A DNA stretch of 64,000 nt, taken from assembly GCA_040954595.2 (NCBI GenBank), contig CM082577.2:10627846-10691845 (forward strand), read 5' to 3'. Under the pieces are notes generated by a model. That model saw only the letters and a list, made by a program, of their open reading frames with translations, was not told where the DNA came from and ran no database searches. The translations under genes were made by a program, and so were the position numbers. Shown one piece after another: positions 1 through 22,100 of this stretch. Origin of the DNA: Balanoglossus misakiensis. Taxonomy: Eukaryota; Animalia; Hemichordata. Position 1 is the stretch's first letter. Each line of letters opens with the position of its first letter.

Positions 1-946
1 CCGACGACAGGCAGTCATTTCTGGACATCCTGACCCCTCCTGACCGTTGCTACGGGAACAGCCGACTCCGACTGACTTGTGCTTGATCACAAAATACTTA
101 TATTAGGCGAGGCGCACAAAACCACCACAGTCATGACACAGCAGCAAAGACAACCTCCATTCTCAAACTTGCCAGTGCGCAGACACTAGGCATTAGACAG
201 GGGGGAAACGCGGGGTATGGGGAATTTAATGTTGTACAGGCACTGATAAATAGGAAACTAATCCCGGAGATCTGCCCGACCAATCCCAGTGTTTTTGTGT
301 GTTTTCATTGCACGGGCCTGTTTATTTGAACGCCTCGCAGAAAACCGGCATGTTGATTTGCGACTCACCCACCCCGGATAAAAATTCTTTGCTGTCATGG
401 AGACTTCTATTCATCACCACCACTTCTCAGAATTTCAATAAACGTCATACTTCGACCAAGTCTACGTCTCCCGTCTAGAAGATCTTCAATTGTATGAACT
501 CAAGTACCGCAATTACTTTGATTGAAATCAACTATATTAGGAAATGGTGATGTCACTGACACTAACAGTTATCCAAGTTTTAATATCCAAACTGCCCTGA
601 ATGGAAAAAAAAATCTCAAAAAAGTCCCATCAGATTTTTGTGCTTTTTTGGAAAAAAAAAATTAAAAACAGTCTCAGAGAAGGAACTTGTGCATATACCG
701 GTATATACAACACCAGTAACACTATACAGACTAATACACACAGATGCATTCTGAGTGACGTGATATAGAACAGATCTGCTATTAACACAACATTTTAAGG
801 GCATCATTTCTCAAAAATGTCAGTTGCATTAAAATGAAAAAAACTCTTAAAATCCACATGAGGAACAGCGATTCGCATATCATGGGAGTTGACAGGTCCA
901 TGATGATACGTACGGCAAACAGACAGAGACAGTTATATTCACTTAC

Positions 947-1098
947 AACTTAAACGCAGCAGTCTCAAACGACGTCTGGCTGTAACAGTCATCGCTGTCA
1001 TCCTCCGCGTATGCACCATTGCGGTTGGTGATCAGCCCCACAAGTTCAAAGGAACTTCTGCCAGATCCACCGCGACTTCCGATACTGCTCTCTTCCAT
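947..1098 (-). CDS. Alternative first coding exon C of an unidentified large gene continuing off the left edge (MEESSIGSRGGSGRSSFELVGLITNRNGAYAEDDSDDCYSQTSFETAAFK)
   Basis: ATG at 1098 in good context (AAAATGG), 152 nt open, ends at a perfect GTAAGT donor (946-941) in phase 2, the same phase as the exons at 8448 and 13351. Confidence 0.6.
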
Positions 1099-2506
1099 TT
1101 TTTTGGGACGTCCACGAGTCCTCTCCCACAAACAGACGGGGGAGTTTCTCTTTTCAAAACACCGAAAGCTCTCCCAAAGCCGGTCGTTGTGTGTGTGTTT
1201 CTCTCTCTACATTAGACAGTGACTCTGCATACATAAACTTTGGGGCCACATTGTATGACAATAGCATACATTGCAAGTAAGACATGTTGCTGGGGGGGAC
1301 ACCGCTTGGTTGAGTAGAAACGGGACAAACCACTACTCACCAGAGGGGTGGCCTAGCAGCTGTACTCCCCAAAAACAAAATAATTCGCAAAACACATCAA
1401 ACGGTTGGACATACAGCACTCCTGTGACCAACGCGATATCAAACTCGGACTTATCAGTGAGCCAATAGTTATACCAGCCTGAAACAGCAACACCCCTGGT
1501 CGACGAATGCTGAACCCCCCTGCAACCAGAATGGTTGAACCGGGGAGTGAATTTGCCCAAGAGGCTGCAGACAAGAAATCTTTTCCAAACCTTTTCAGCA
1601 ACACGGGGGTAAATATTGACTAAACCTCAATGCATGAGACGGCGAATAGAATTTAGACACCAGAGCAAATACTCTGCAATTTTTCAATCGGCTGCCAGAG
1701 AATAAAACCACTGTTAGACTGTTGTTAGGAAAAAATTCCATCAGTGTGCGTTTCACCCGTCACGGACATGCGTTAATGGTAATGAAAAAAAAATTCACAA
1801 ATAACATTTCAATAGGAAACAGTTCTTAATACAAAACGTACATTCTCAGCTGGTCTGCCACTTGGATGATATAGTTAAGATGTGCATTTGGCTTCCTTTT
1901 CACTGAAGATAAATTTTGCAAATCTTCAAGTTTTTATGACAAGAAAGAATTAATTTTCAACAGTTTTCATTTATTGTCATTCATTTAAAATGCACTCAAA
2001 ACACACTTATGCTCACACCTTCAGAAAACTGGTGAATTAATCTGAACACTTGACACTGGCCACCCCACGCTTCTCATCCCCAAGGATGCAGCTTAACTTA
2101 AGTTGTCATGGCAACTGCAAAACATCTTTCAAAAATGCCGGCAGATCACCGTCAGTCAAGTGGAGTTTTCGAAGGTAAGCTTTAATAGAACACTGACTCG
2201 TTGCGAAAAAAATCTTCCCTTCAGAGTGCCGAGAGAGAAACCAACCCCTGCAGCTGATCATCAAAAGATAGCTACGGAGATAGAGACTGAATTAAAAAAT
2301 ACTTTGCTATTCCCTGGGGGCCAGGCAGTTGGAGAATTTTCATGAATAACAATGACACAAAAAAATTGCCAAAGCAAACAGTTGCCGTGGCGACAATAAT
2401 TTCTAATTTTCTATTCCATTCATCTTTGAATATGCTTCTTCACAGTCTATTAGGCCACTTGCTGCTTTCATTATTTAAAAAATTAACATCGGCCCTCTCT
2501 GTACTA

Positions 2507-2715
2507 CTGTAAAACGGGTTATTTTCGCGGCAGTAAATTTTCACGATATCACAAGAGGCAACTGTTATGCGAGGATTAATTTTCGTGGTCTCCTATTTCA
2601 CTAACTACATCGTTATCTCAAAAAAACATTTTACGCCACTTTTATTTTCACTTTTTTTTTGGCTCTCGCGTATTTCGCGAAAATTTATTGCTTGCGAAAA
2701 TAACCCGTTTTACAG
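2507..2715. mobile_element. Tc1/pogo(Tigger)-like MITE
   Basis: TIRs ctgtaaaacgggttattttcgc / gcgaaaataacccgttttacag with TA on both sides; related copy in opposite orientation at 7205-7410. Confidence 0.8.
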
Positions 2716-5700
2716 TAACTGTTGCTGGGACTGTACGCATGAACACACTGTCCTTTTAATCGCCTGTTTGACACGGCGACGCTCAAAAGAGAGAACAGAG
2801 TTTCAGGGGCAAAAGCAGTGAACCGTAGAAAATGCAACGTGTTTGTGTAAGCTCACCCTAGAGTTATTCCAAGTAGGGGGAAATTACAAAGAGTTAAATC
2901 CCTCCCAACATTCACAGCAGAGCTGGCGTAAGCTCTTAAAAAACACAAAGCCGCTAATCCCTCACAATCTGTAAATAAAAACAATGCCAACTGATTGCAC
3001 AATTAAACTAATGCACAAAGGTGGCCGTGACCTTATACAACTAGCAATTACCGGTCATTCATCCCCCCCCCCCCCCCCCCCCAGTGGTCATTGAAGAAAA
3101 AAAACAAAGGAATTTAGCAGAGGGCAAAGTTTAGATGTCTTTACAAGCGGGATGGCCAGCCATTAACGCAGTCATTACATTTACGGTCAGCGCGACACTT
3201 GTCTGTGCCTGGCAACCCTGTTTTCACAAACTGCTCTGGAGTGAGAGAAAAAAAACCCGACAAACATAATTTTGGCGGGGTAGACCTTGTCCGATTTTTT
3301 TTTTAAATTCACATTTTTCTCTACATTCAAAAGTAATTCTATCCCCTCCTTTTAAGTAAAAATATTTTCTTTTCGAAGAATATAACTGTTCTATGTGTTA
3401 TCACAGAGGTGTCAACGATGACAGCTTACAGGAAGCTGCATGAATATAAACATAACTGTAGCTGTCACAGTGCATTCTGTACCAGAACAGAGTTGTCATC
3501 AGAAAGAAGAATGTGTCTACATGGTTGCAGATACGATAATGGAACCATGGGTGGCCGGCATATGACAGTACCCGTATCGTTCAATGGTCGATGGAGCCGG
3601 TTCTCGATAAAAAGATTCCAATAGCACCACTGAATTAAGTGAATAAACTCCAGTATTGAACAGTAAATGTTAAAATGGGTGTCAAAATCACCAATGGATA
3701 ACATTCAAGTAAAGATTTTTTTATCCTAGAAAATTATAGCACAAAGCCAAAATTTAAACCAATTTTCTTGTCTGAGTTTCTGTTCTCAAAGCTGTTGGCA
3801 TGGTAATCATGGTGTGTGACGGTATCACTGATTTTAAACAGCAGCAAATATGTTGAGAGTGAAGTTTCAAGCAGGTTCTATGCATGGAAAACACCAAGTG
3901 ACATTTAAAACGGTGTCATTTCTGCACGGCAAAAAAAGAAACCAACCTATTTTCTTCCCAATCCATTATGAGATTCAGACACAAAGACTCTGGTTCAGAT
4001 GAAGGAATTCTCCGACACAATTAGCGGAGATAGAATCCAACTCCATCTCACACAAATGTCCTCCATTACCGACAAGAAACCTGTCCTCAGTTACGAAAAA
4101 AAATACACTGCCCGCCGCTGCGTGTGTGAGAATGAATTTTATTGATAACCCCGGCTGACATTCACCCGTACTCGTAAAATTTATCATGTCTGCCATCATC
4201 TGATTTCTAATTGGACGTCCTGACAATAGAAACGCTGTCACTGTAGACCGCCCCCTCGGGGTGTACAAGGCTAGTGGGGAAGGGAGGGGGGGAGGCGCCT
4301 GTCAAATGAAGAAACGTGAGGGCGGTAATGAGACAGAGGTCTTGTCAATCGATTTCAGTCTACGGGAAATCAAGACGGCACAGCTTTGGCGCGGGTGGGG
4401 GTTACCATGACGACCGGTCACTCGAGGCATGGCCACAGGAAATCTGAAGGAACTGATAGTAAATTGATGTCTTGAAGTGTCTGGGGAGTCTTGAAGTGTC
4501 TGTTGTAGAAGTCAGAAGGACGGTATTATACTCCATTGGCATAATAAATCAGACGGGGGTATGTACTACTCCATTGACAGTTCATGGCTTGTCCCATCAA
4601 AAGTCAATAACTACGTACTGTCCGTATTTAAAACAGCTTTAAAACTAAACTACAATACTTTATTATAACATTAGTTAACACAACAGTCATTGAGTGTTTA
4701 CACTTTATTGTGTTTGCAATGCAAATGCCCCCACTGTTTAAAAATACCAATAAAAACTTTTTCAATTTTTTGTTTCATTTTTCATCAATAAATTTTAAAA
4801 ATCTAGTTTTCATATTGTTTTCAATATCGGTTCTGCAAATTTTTATTATTTTTTTCTCTTAAGTTTTGATCATTAAAATGGATTAAACATTCACACAATC
4901 TCAATAAACAGAAATTGCAAAGAATTGTAATTGAAAATGGATCTTATTTTAGAACAAGTCAAAGATGTATTTTTTAGAAATATGAAATTTTGGCTTGCTA
5001 AACTGTCTTCTTCTTTTCAATACTACTTATTCACACATCACCATATGAAACTTTGCAATGTTTACTATAAAAGAAATGAACATAAACAGGTCTGTGCAGC
5101 AAAATCGGGCCATCACCTGAGTCTTCTATAGAGACCCCAGAGTGAGTTAAGGTTTCCTCAATGCTAATCCTTTTATTTACTTGAAGTCATTCAGCAAAAA
5201 GAAAAATGCCTCTGGGGGAAAAAGGGGGTTAGGCTTCAGAAAGCGAACCAGCACATCGCGGGAATCTTTTAATGGACTTCCAGTGTGTGACCGTGCATTT
5301 TCTGAGTCAATGGAGAGCTGGCATCGGTGTCAACGTGGCTGACAATAAGTTCAGCTCCCTAGAGCACTAAACGGGGGACAGTTAATGTACACAATGCAGA
5401 GTCCGCTCAAAAAATGGATTGAGGGCAAGAGACAGCCCCGTTATTCAGAGCTTGGGGGTCTGTCTGTCCTTTCCACCAGCCTCTGCGTCTCCACAAACAA
5501 ACAAACTGTGACCCATCCACCAGATTTATTGATGTCTGTGAAAGAGTTGACGCCATGCCTTAATGTTCGGTTCGTGCCCCGGGTCCATTTTTATGAACAG
5601 AAATTAAGTTGGGCCATTTTTTCTTTTTCAGTGCCCACATCCATGAAAACAGAAATGGGTCACGCCCGCTGTTCTTTTTCTCCACAAAAGAGGCACAAGC

Positions 5701-7204
5701 ACTTACAACTGAAATATTAGTTAAATGTTAACCTGGACTAAAATCTAGGTTTAGTATACCATACTAAACTTTCTCAGAACTTTAAGAACTTTAAGTTTCA
5801 AAATCTTGACTTCCATTGGAAAATTTGCACCGAAAAAAACCACTTCTGAATGAACTGGAGATGGCATGGCAGTGTGATAGTGAGGTCTGTGTTGTTTGTG
5901 GGGTTTAATTGGTCCATCCCCATGGAGATGGGAAAAATCAGGACAATAGCCACAAGAGGGCGCTATACCACATTCTCCAAGACAAAAAAAATCGCATCAG
6001 TATAGTTGTGATTTCCTCTGCCAGAAGCTATGAATGCATATTCCTGAAGGCTTTCACAGTCTGAATGACATTTTTTTTTAACATTCGACACAACTCAAGT
6101 CTCAATTAATTCAATAAACTGTTCTGAACACACTCAGTCATGCTGAAACCTCCCAGCGAAACAGGCTAGTTTTAATAATAATGCCGATGGATACACTTCT
6201 CAGCAATGCCTGCAACTTTGAGAGAGCAATATTTGGCTGGCTGTATAATACCTTCTGTTAATCTCTAATTATTTTGGATTTCACAAAGGAAGAACTCAGC
6301 AAACAACGTCCCCAGTGAAATTCAAATTCAGTACAGGGATAATCTTGGATTTTTTTGTTTGTTTGCATGTTTCCCAAGAGGCCTCTGCTTAAAGACGCTC
6401 GCGCTACAGGGCTGATTAAAGTATAGAGAGAATGGTGAAACTGAACTGAGCAAAGATTACAGTAATCTACACCATAATGCCCTATATACAGAAGGCAGCT
6501 TTAGTGTAAAAGCTTTTTGTGTTCACTGCTGTCTATCCTCTGTGGTTTCTGAAGGTAGTCCGTGTACGCAGAACTCCCCCCCCCCCCCCAAAAAAAAAAA
6601 TAAGAAAAGTTTTTGCATGTCTCAAATACTTAAAGGAGCACAATTAACTCTAATTTACATATACCCATATATGGTTAAAAGGTGTGCCAAAGTCTTCAAA
6701 TGATGACCATGCGATGGTACTTTTTGCGGGGACACCCAGTGAAAATCTGATTGGCTAGATCTCTACTTTCCATGGTAATAGTGGGTAAATTTGCATCTAG
6801 GTGACTGTATACCTTTTTAAGGGTACCTTCAGAAAAAAACAATCCTTAATAGATTCTATTCAAGTAAACCAACAGAATCAAAACCTTACACTGTTTTTCA
6901 TCCAGGATGCTATAAAAGTGGATAGTTTTCCTACAAGTACAATTTGATCAGAATTATTTAGAAGCCCCTGAAGTGATGTTTCTAAATGAAAGGATTGTCA
7001 CGCCTCACCAACACAAATCCCTTCTTCATGGCTGAGGTTTATTGCCATATTATTCAGCAGTGGAAAAGTCTAGAACAAACACAGGCAGAGATGCCATTCC
7101 ACAGGTTTAGGCAAAATGAAACTTACACTGTCAACAAAATAAACAAATTTAGAATGTCGTATTTAAACTGAACTACCTGAGCCAAAAATATGTCATGTAC
7201 CATA

Positions 7205-7410
7205 CTGTAAAACACTTTATTTTCGCGAGCAATTAATTTTCGCCAAATACACGAGAGCCAAAATAGCGTGAAAATAAAAAGTCGCGTAAATTTTTTTGAA
7301 GGTAACGATGCAGTGAATGAAATAAGAGAACGCGAAAATAAATACTCGCGAAACAGTGGCCTCTCTCGATATCCGGACATTTTGACTCGCGAAAATAAAG
7401 TGTTTTACAG
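7205..7410. mobile_element. Tc1/pogo(Tigger)-like MITE, second copy
   Basis: TIRs ctgtaaaacactttattttcgcgag / ctcgcgaaaataaagtgttttacag with TA flanks. Confidence 0.8.
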
Positions 7411-7845
7411 TATATCAGTGCTGTGTTATTATAACACCAGGCACTTTCATTGTCTTGTGAGAAGCTCTCCTTAAAACCAATACAAACACACTCAAGTAAA
7501 ACTAGGATCTATCTGCAGATATTGTCTATTCGCAAAGGGACCACCAACAATCACAACAAATGACACTTCTTTGGCAATGGTGAGAAGTTTGTTGAGGGGT
7601 TGGTCGATCGGGCACAGCTGTTTGAATTTGTGTGTAAACAAAACATCTGGCACAATGAATGAAATTCATGACATTCAAGCAACACACATGGTTTCCAAGT
7701 GATGCTGGTCAACCCCGAGATTAAATTTTATGGTTACTATTTTATCAGCTCATTTATTGTCCTGTCTCTGCCAGCATTCACGCGGAAATGTCACATTCAT
7801 TTTTTTCTGAAGAAAAAATCTCTAAAGTCATGTTTTATATTTTAA

Positions 7846-7930
7846 CCCTTTTGTTATCATGGTTTGGTCTAATCCCATTGTTTTTTAATGGTATGGGTGA
7901 ATCCATTTACAGGGAAATGGGGTTAGAGGG
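7846..7930. mobile_element. About 86-bp TTAA-flanked piggyBac-like MITE (diverged copy)
   Basis: ttaa-ccctt...agggttaa; same family as 26480, 36453, 37933, 39986, 46916 and 51409. Confidence 0.6.
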
Positions 7931-8447
7931 TTAAATCAAAAATTCCCCATTAACAGCTACTCGTTCAGACCAAGCATGGACACGTAGAATTATCCTTACG
8001 ATAAAAGTTCTATAGAGTTCTATAACATTCTATAGATTTTGACATTTTTATAGAATTTAATAGAAAATGTCGCCTAAACTGAAATTTCATTTCGAATTTC
8101 TAAAAAAAATTCAATAGAAGTTGTATAGGCTATAGAATTCTATTGATATCTATAGATAACGGATATTATTTGAATTATTTACATCATAGCACTACTTCCC
8201 TCAAAAACACTATACAGCATTTTAATTCATCCTGATCACTGTATGCTGATGTTCTTCCTTCTTTGAAAAAGTTGAACAATCTTTTTTTATCCCCTGAACG
8301 AAACAAAATAATGATAAAAAACTGAGCATTACCGCTAACCCTTTCATCCACATTTCCGTCCAACTTTGCCACAGAAAACAATGGTTCTGGAACAAACCAT
8401 CATGGTAAAAGTGTAAATAATAATTAGAGAGAAGCCAAGATCTTTAC

Positions 8448-8500
8448 CTGAGAAAATGGTGGCCGAATACATCTTCAGGATCAACCCCGGTGAACTCCAT
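8448..8500 (-). CDS. Alternative first coding exon B of the unidentified gene (MEFTGVDPEDVFGHHFL-R)
   Basis: ATG at 8500 (ccacATGG), 53 nt, donor CAG|GTAAAG in phase 2; CpG-containing upstream region 8500-9050. Confidence 0.45.
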
Positions 8501-11500
8501 GTGGCTGGACAATAACAAAAACCAAGACAACAAAACCGGTGTTGTCTCGAAGACGCCAACTTATAAAGTATCGATACGAAACGACGACCCGAGAACGTTC
8601 GACTGCATCCTGCGTCAAAACTTTTTGATTAAATTCTGGCCAACATGTGGCCTGATCAATCGCTACAGTAATAAAACATTCCACCACATCTTATGACGGA
8701 TATTGGGTATTCCTGTGATGTCATCATCCTGGGCGGTACGGTTACAGGTGACACACAATTCCAATCAATACATTCGGGACAACATATCAATGAAGCTAAG
8801 GTGGGTGGTTAAACGGTATCCAATACATAAATCCCAAACACAGACAGAGATCGAGAGAGAAAAAAAGACAAGTTTTGCACTTGACTCTCTCAAACTCCAA
8901 GTGAGCTACAGTTTAAATTATAATCAGAGAAACTCAAGCGCGGGCTATGGATCAGTGAGTCGACACAATTTGCATCACAATCGCAAAGCACAACATTTGA
9001 CCAACAAACAAAACAAAACGCCCTGGCGGAACAGATCCATACGCTTTTAATGATTGCCTCGGATGAAGGAGACCCATGCACACCACTGATTAAACAACAA
9101 TCATTCCTATGCATTAAGATAACAGAACCAGATTCTAAGCCTTCTTTTCACGACTCTATTGATTTTTAAAGTCCCCGGACTTGAGGAACTCCAGAGAGCT
9201 GAAGAAAAATGGGGGAGATTAATTACCCACGTCACGCATCAATCTGGAAATAGCAAAAACAGATCAATAACTGAATTCTTTGCGGGATTCCCGAAACGCC
9301 GGATGAAAAGCGATTCCAAACTGTGCATTTTTTTCCTTTAATTACAAACACACACAAGAGCGCCAACTGCAATGACACTTATATACACCAGTAAATCTAA
9401 ATATAGACAAACTGGGTTGAACAGAAATTGCAGCGATAAATTTTACTGCCACGTCGTGAAATGAAGGAGCTTTTAAAAAAATATTGAACATTGACCTTGT
9501 AGTCTCTCACATACTTCTTCATTATTAGTCGTTCGGTCAAAAGAAAATTCCTACTGTGCGAGGTACAAAGGCACAAATTAATCCACACCCCGCAGATGAC
9601 TCAGACAACCGGAGGAATAAATTTGCTACTTGTAAGCAACATAACTACCCTGGAAACTGTTGTCATGGCGACCGCCGTGCACTTGCGTGGCTTCCCAGGG
9701 AACCTGAATGATTATTACCCTCCGACAGAGGGATAGATAGTGTCTGTATGTTGCAGTCATTAGGAGCAATGTATACCTGAGAGCTCAAGTCTACGTCTCT
9801 GACTTGAAATCATCACTAAGGCAATAAAGTCGATACAGATAATTCTCTGTGAGTGTGTTCACATCAGGGATTAGGATTTTTTGTCATTCTCTGAACAACA
9901 GTAAATTGAGGTCTGAACGCAAGATATTTTGCAAGATTTTCGAAGCACTATATTGCTTCAAAAAGCTCAATCATTGGAGGGTTTAACAACGTATTATCAA
10001 AAGGTACAGCATCAGTCAGTCAATGCTCACATTCTAGAACTTCAAGAAATCAATACCTAATAGCAGATCAATGACCCTAATTAATCACAAGAACCTTTTA
10101 TTTGACTTTACACTCAGAAATGACTGCTGCAGTGCCAGACATAGTCAGTTAATCCATACTCAGACGCAACTCAATATTTTTCACTTTTTCTTGACACAGC
10201 AACTGAAAATTTTTCAAAGCTGTTTTTAAATACATTGTTTGATGTGCAATTATGGCTATCCCATCTGTCAACTTGAAATGTGAAATTACATCCCATAATA
10301 TCGGCCGTGATCTCCAACAGGCAAATACTACACACGTTATATACAATCATCAAACATTTACAATTCACGCATTACCCATTTTTTTACCCTCCCATTTTGT
10401 GTATAACAGTAAATTACTGTACAAAATTTCTCCAGGCAAAAACATCTACCGGCCTAAAATTATTTCTCCCAGCAAAACATTAGCAGTTCGTGTGAATCGC
10501 ACTAGACTGCAGACATTACAATTGAATTATCCACAGGCAGCGAGAACACTTACATCATACAATGGGAAAAAACAGCATGGGGTTTTAATATGTTTCCATT
10601 ATCCCCATCGTAATACACATTAAAAATCCTCCTTTTTCGCTCAGTATTTCTGCATCCATGAGCACTGCACATAATCCGGGGGCATTCATGCAGTCCGCTA
10701 TAATCACAAAAACGCGCAATTACAAGACATTTTCATTGAGGTGCAGCCAGACGCGAATAATTCGTCAAAATAGGTATTCAAATTACACCACGGTTCTCTG
10801 CTGATCCTAATGCGCACTTTCAGATCGTGACGTGTATACCGTCGCGCTGGCAAACATGTTTTTATGTCAGAAATATCAATGAGTTGTATCACGTCACCAA
10901 ACTGCAAACACACCGTCACCTGCTAAATTTGCTCTACGGTAAAATTGTTTGCACGTATTGTATACTACACAATCATCTTTTATCACCAAGGGCAAACGAA
11001 CAAGTAATTTACAAATTATCATCATTTCTTCATTTGCATGGCAATCAGGAGGCTTTTTCAATAATCAATATCTGTTTCATTTTAATGGCTGCTTGCTTTT
11101 TTTTTAATCGTTGGAGCTGCTAGTGCTAGCTCTTTTGATAAAAAGGATTTACTTTCAAAGACATGCTGACTTAAAATTGTCAACAGAACCATGAGAAATC
11201 TCACAATTGAAGAATTATAAATGAGTATTAAACTAAACTAAAAAAGAGTGACTAAATATTCTGCAAAAATCTCATGCTTTTTAATTCTAGGACAAAAGAA
11301 CCAAACTGATTGGTAAATTGCTTGATTTTCCCCGGACTGCAATGGTAAGTTCATTTGAAACTGATCTTAACAATGAACTTTGAACTTGACACCAAATCAT
11401 AGGTATACAGAAGAGTTGAGCCAAGCAAAACAATTGTTTGCAAGGTCCCGGGCCTTGTACTTGTGGTAAATGACACCATTCCTCCAGCACTGTAGCCTAT

Positions 11501-13350
11501 AGCATGTGAAACGTCCATGTAAGTACACCAACACATTGATACTGTATGCTGCTAACCAATCATGCAGAACCCAATCACATGTATCAGGTAAACACAGTCT
11601 GGTAGCTACACCAGCCTACGTTACATTGCTTTACTCTTTAAATCCAGAACCACAGTTTCCAATTTGTGTCTCACAATGTAAAAATGAAAACAAGAATGCC
11701 AAATAGAAATTGGGCGATAATCACAAAAATGAAAAAAAAAAAATTCATCCAATGAATGTGTCCTTTTAATGATAGCCCCATATATAATGTCAGTGTTATT
11801 TCTGAGCTAAATCAAAGTGCATGTTTAAATTCACTGGTAACCTTTTGAATCTATTTCAAAATTGATTTAAATTAAATGAGGTTGCTTTGTAATATTTTTT
11901 TTCTCAAATTCATGATTTACAAATGCATATCAGATTCAGGAACATAAAAATCTGAAACCAAAGCTAAGATCGATTCGGATTCATACTTTAATACGTTCCT
12001 AGCGTCACTATTAAGCTTCAGTACTGAGGCTAAAAAAATGGCAACAAGACCAAAGAGACTTGTTTCGCAGGTGATTGTAAATGTATGTGACAAGTTTGTC
12101 AAATGTAATCTGAGAATGCAGTATTAAGCAGTTGAGCCTGAGGGATAAAAACGCATGCAGTCTGAGCTCTGCAGACAATGTGATAAAGTTGCCACCTTTC
12201 AGAATATTGTGAGGCAACTTGTGGTAACTGGTTTTCACAACAGAAAATTGATTTTCTTCAACTGGCATCAATGAGCTCTAGCAGTTCTTTCTACCTGGCA
12301 AATTTGTTGCTGATTCATGACGGAAATTGCATACACACTCTAAGCACACTTTAAGAAAATAGCTTACCGTTGCCATAGAAACCAACACTGTCCTTTGTGG
12401 GAGAAGCATCACAATGTTAAAAAAATTCTGTATCACGTACAACAGTGGAACGGGGAATCGAACAGCGATCGATTTGTCCCCAAAATCGTGACATGTACCC
12501 ACGCACGCGACTGCTTCTCCCTGCTCGGGTTTCCACGGAGACAAGACGACACGCTCCCCGCCCGGTGAAACAGAGCACCCTACCCGGTAACTGAGAACCA
12601 TCGCAGTATAACTATATCATCCCACCGGTGTTGCCAGTCACTTGAATAGATGGTGTGCGTGAACAGTTAGAAACACAACACTAGGGTATTGTAATCCGCG
12701 AAAAAAAACCTCTGACTAAAGATCACAATGACCCAAACCGACGAACAAGCAGCGACCATTCTGTGCGATTCTCAAAGCATGTACTTTTGCTATTCTTTAA
12801 ACTGAATGACACATCTATGTATTCATTCAATCATTCATTCAAAATCCACTCTTCAAATAAATCTCTTTTGTAAACCACACATACCCTCTTTTCTTTTTTT
12901 CACTCTATGCTTTTAGATCTTAAAAGTTGTACTTCAGGATTAACATCCAAAGGCAACTCACTTGATCTGTTATTATCCAAAATCTACTATTACTGGTTAC
13001 CTGTAAAATCTTGGACACAGAAAATTCCACTTTATCAAACAAAATGACCTATCCATGACTGATATTCTTATTTGAAGCAACATCATGTTACACATTATAT
13101 TCCTTACCTGTTGATGTGTTAATTGTTATGCACAAGGTTGATAAATCCTTAAAAGTAGTTTCACTGTCTAATTAGGATCTAATATGTACGATGAATGGAA
13201 AAGCATAATACAGCAAACGGTAAAGATATCTACAGTATAAAGTTGTATGGGGACTTTCTACAATGTTGCATTTTCTCTCAGAGAAATACCCATATTTTAT
13301 AACCATATTTTATAAAAAATAACCTTAGATGAAATAAAAATACAACTCAC

Positions 13351-21533
<8,183 letters not shown>

Positions 21534-22100
21534 GATGTTCACCAGACGACAAGTTCCTCGTCAGTTAAATCCCGAACGCGGGTCAGATATACTTGGGACA
21601 ACAACTACTGAAATGGTGTCTGAAGGGTGTCCCGGAGTGGTAATTCCAATTTATGCCTTTAAATTCGACGACCAATAAGAGAACGTTGCACTCGTAGAAA
21701 TCGGCGAGGAAGAACTGCGAAGTATAATATAGCAACGGACAGCGGGTTCACGCCGCCAGTTGCCCGTGTCCGCTACATGCCGTCATAAAAAGTCGACCAC
21801 TTTTACAGCAGTTTCTTTTTCAAAGTGAATTAGAGGCTATACCAATCATCTAATTAACATGTAATATATATACGGGAATGCCAGAGTAGACGCGTCTTTG
21901 GGTTACCATAACAACGAGGCTGGCACAAAAGACGGACACTGAGCAAGCCCTTCCTTTTACATCAATGGGCTCGGTTCCAACAATGGCCGGTCATTGATAA
22001 ATAGATAACGGGAGTCACATAGTCATGAAAAGTTTAGCGGAAATATTTCTTTGACTTTGTCCGTGACAGAGTGGCGAAAGTCGCATATCGTGACGTTGAT
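21534..22100 (-). promoter_or_regulatory. Putative promoter/5' UTR of the unidentified gene
   Basis: CpG-rich region directly upstream of the exon A1 ATG; X-box-like gttaccataacaac at 21902-21915. Confidence 0.45.
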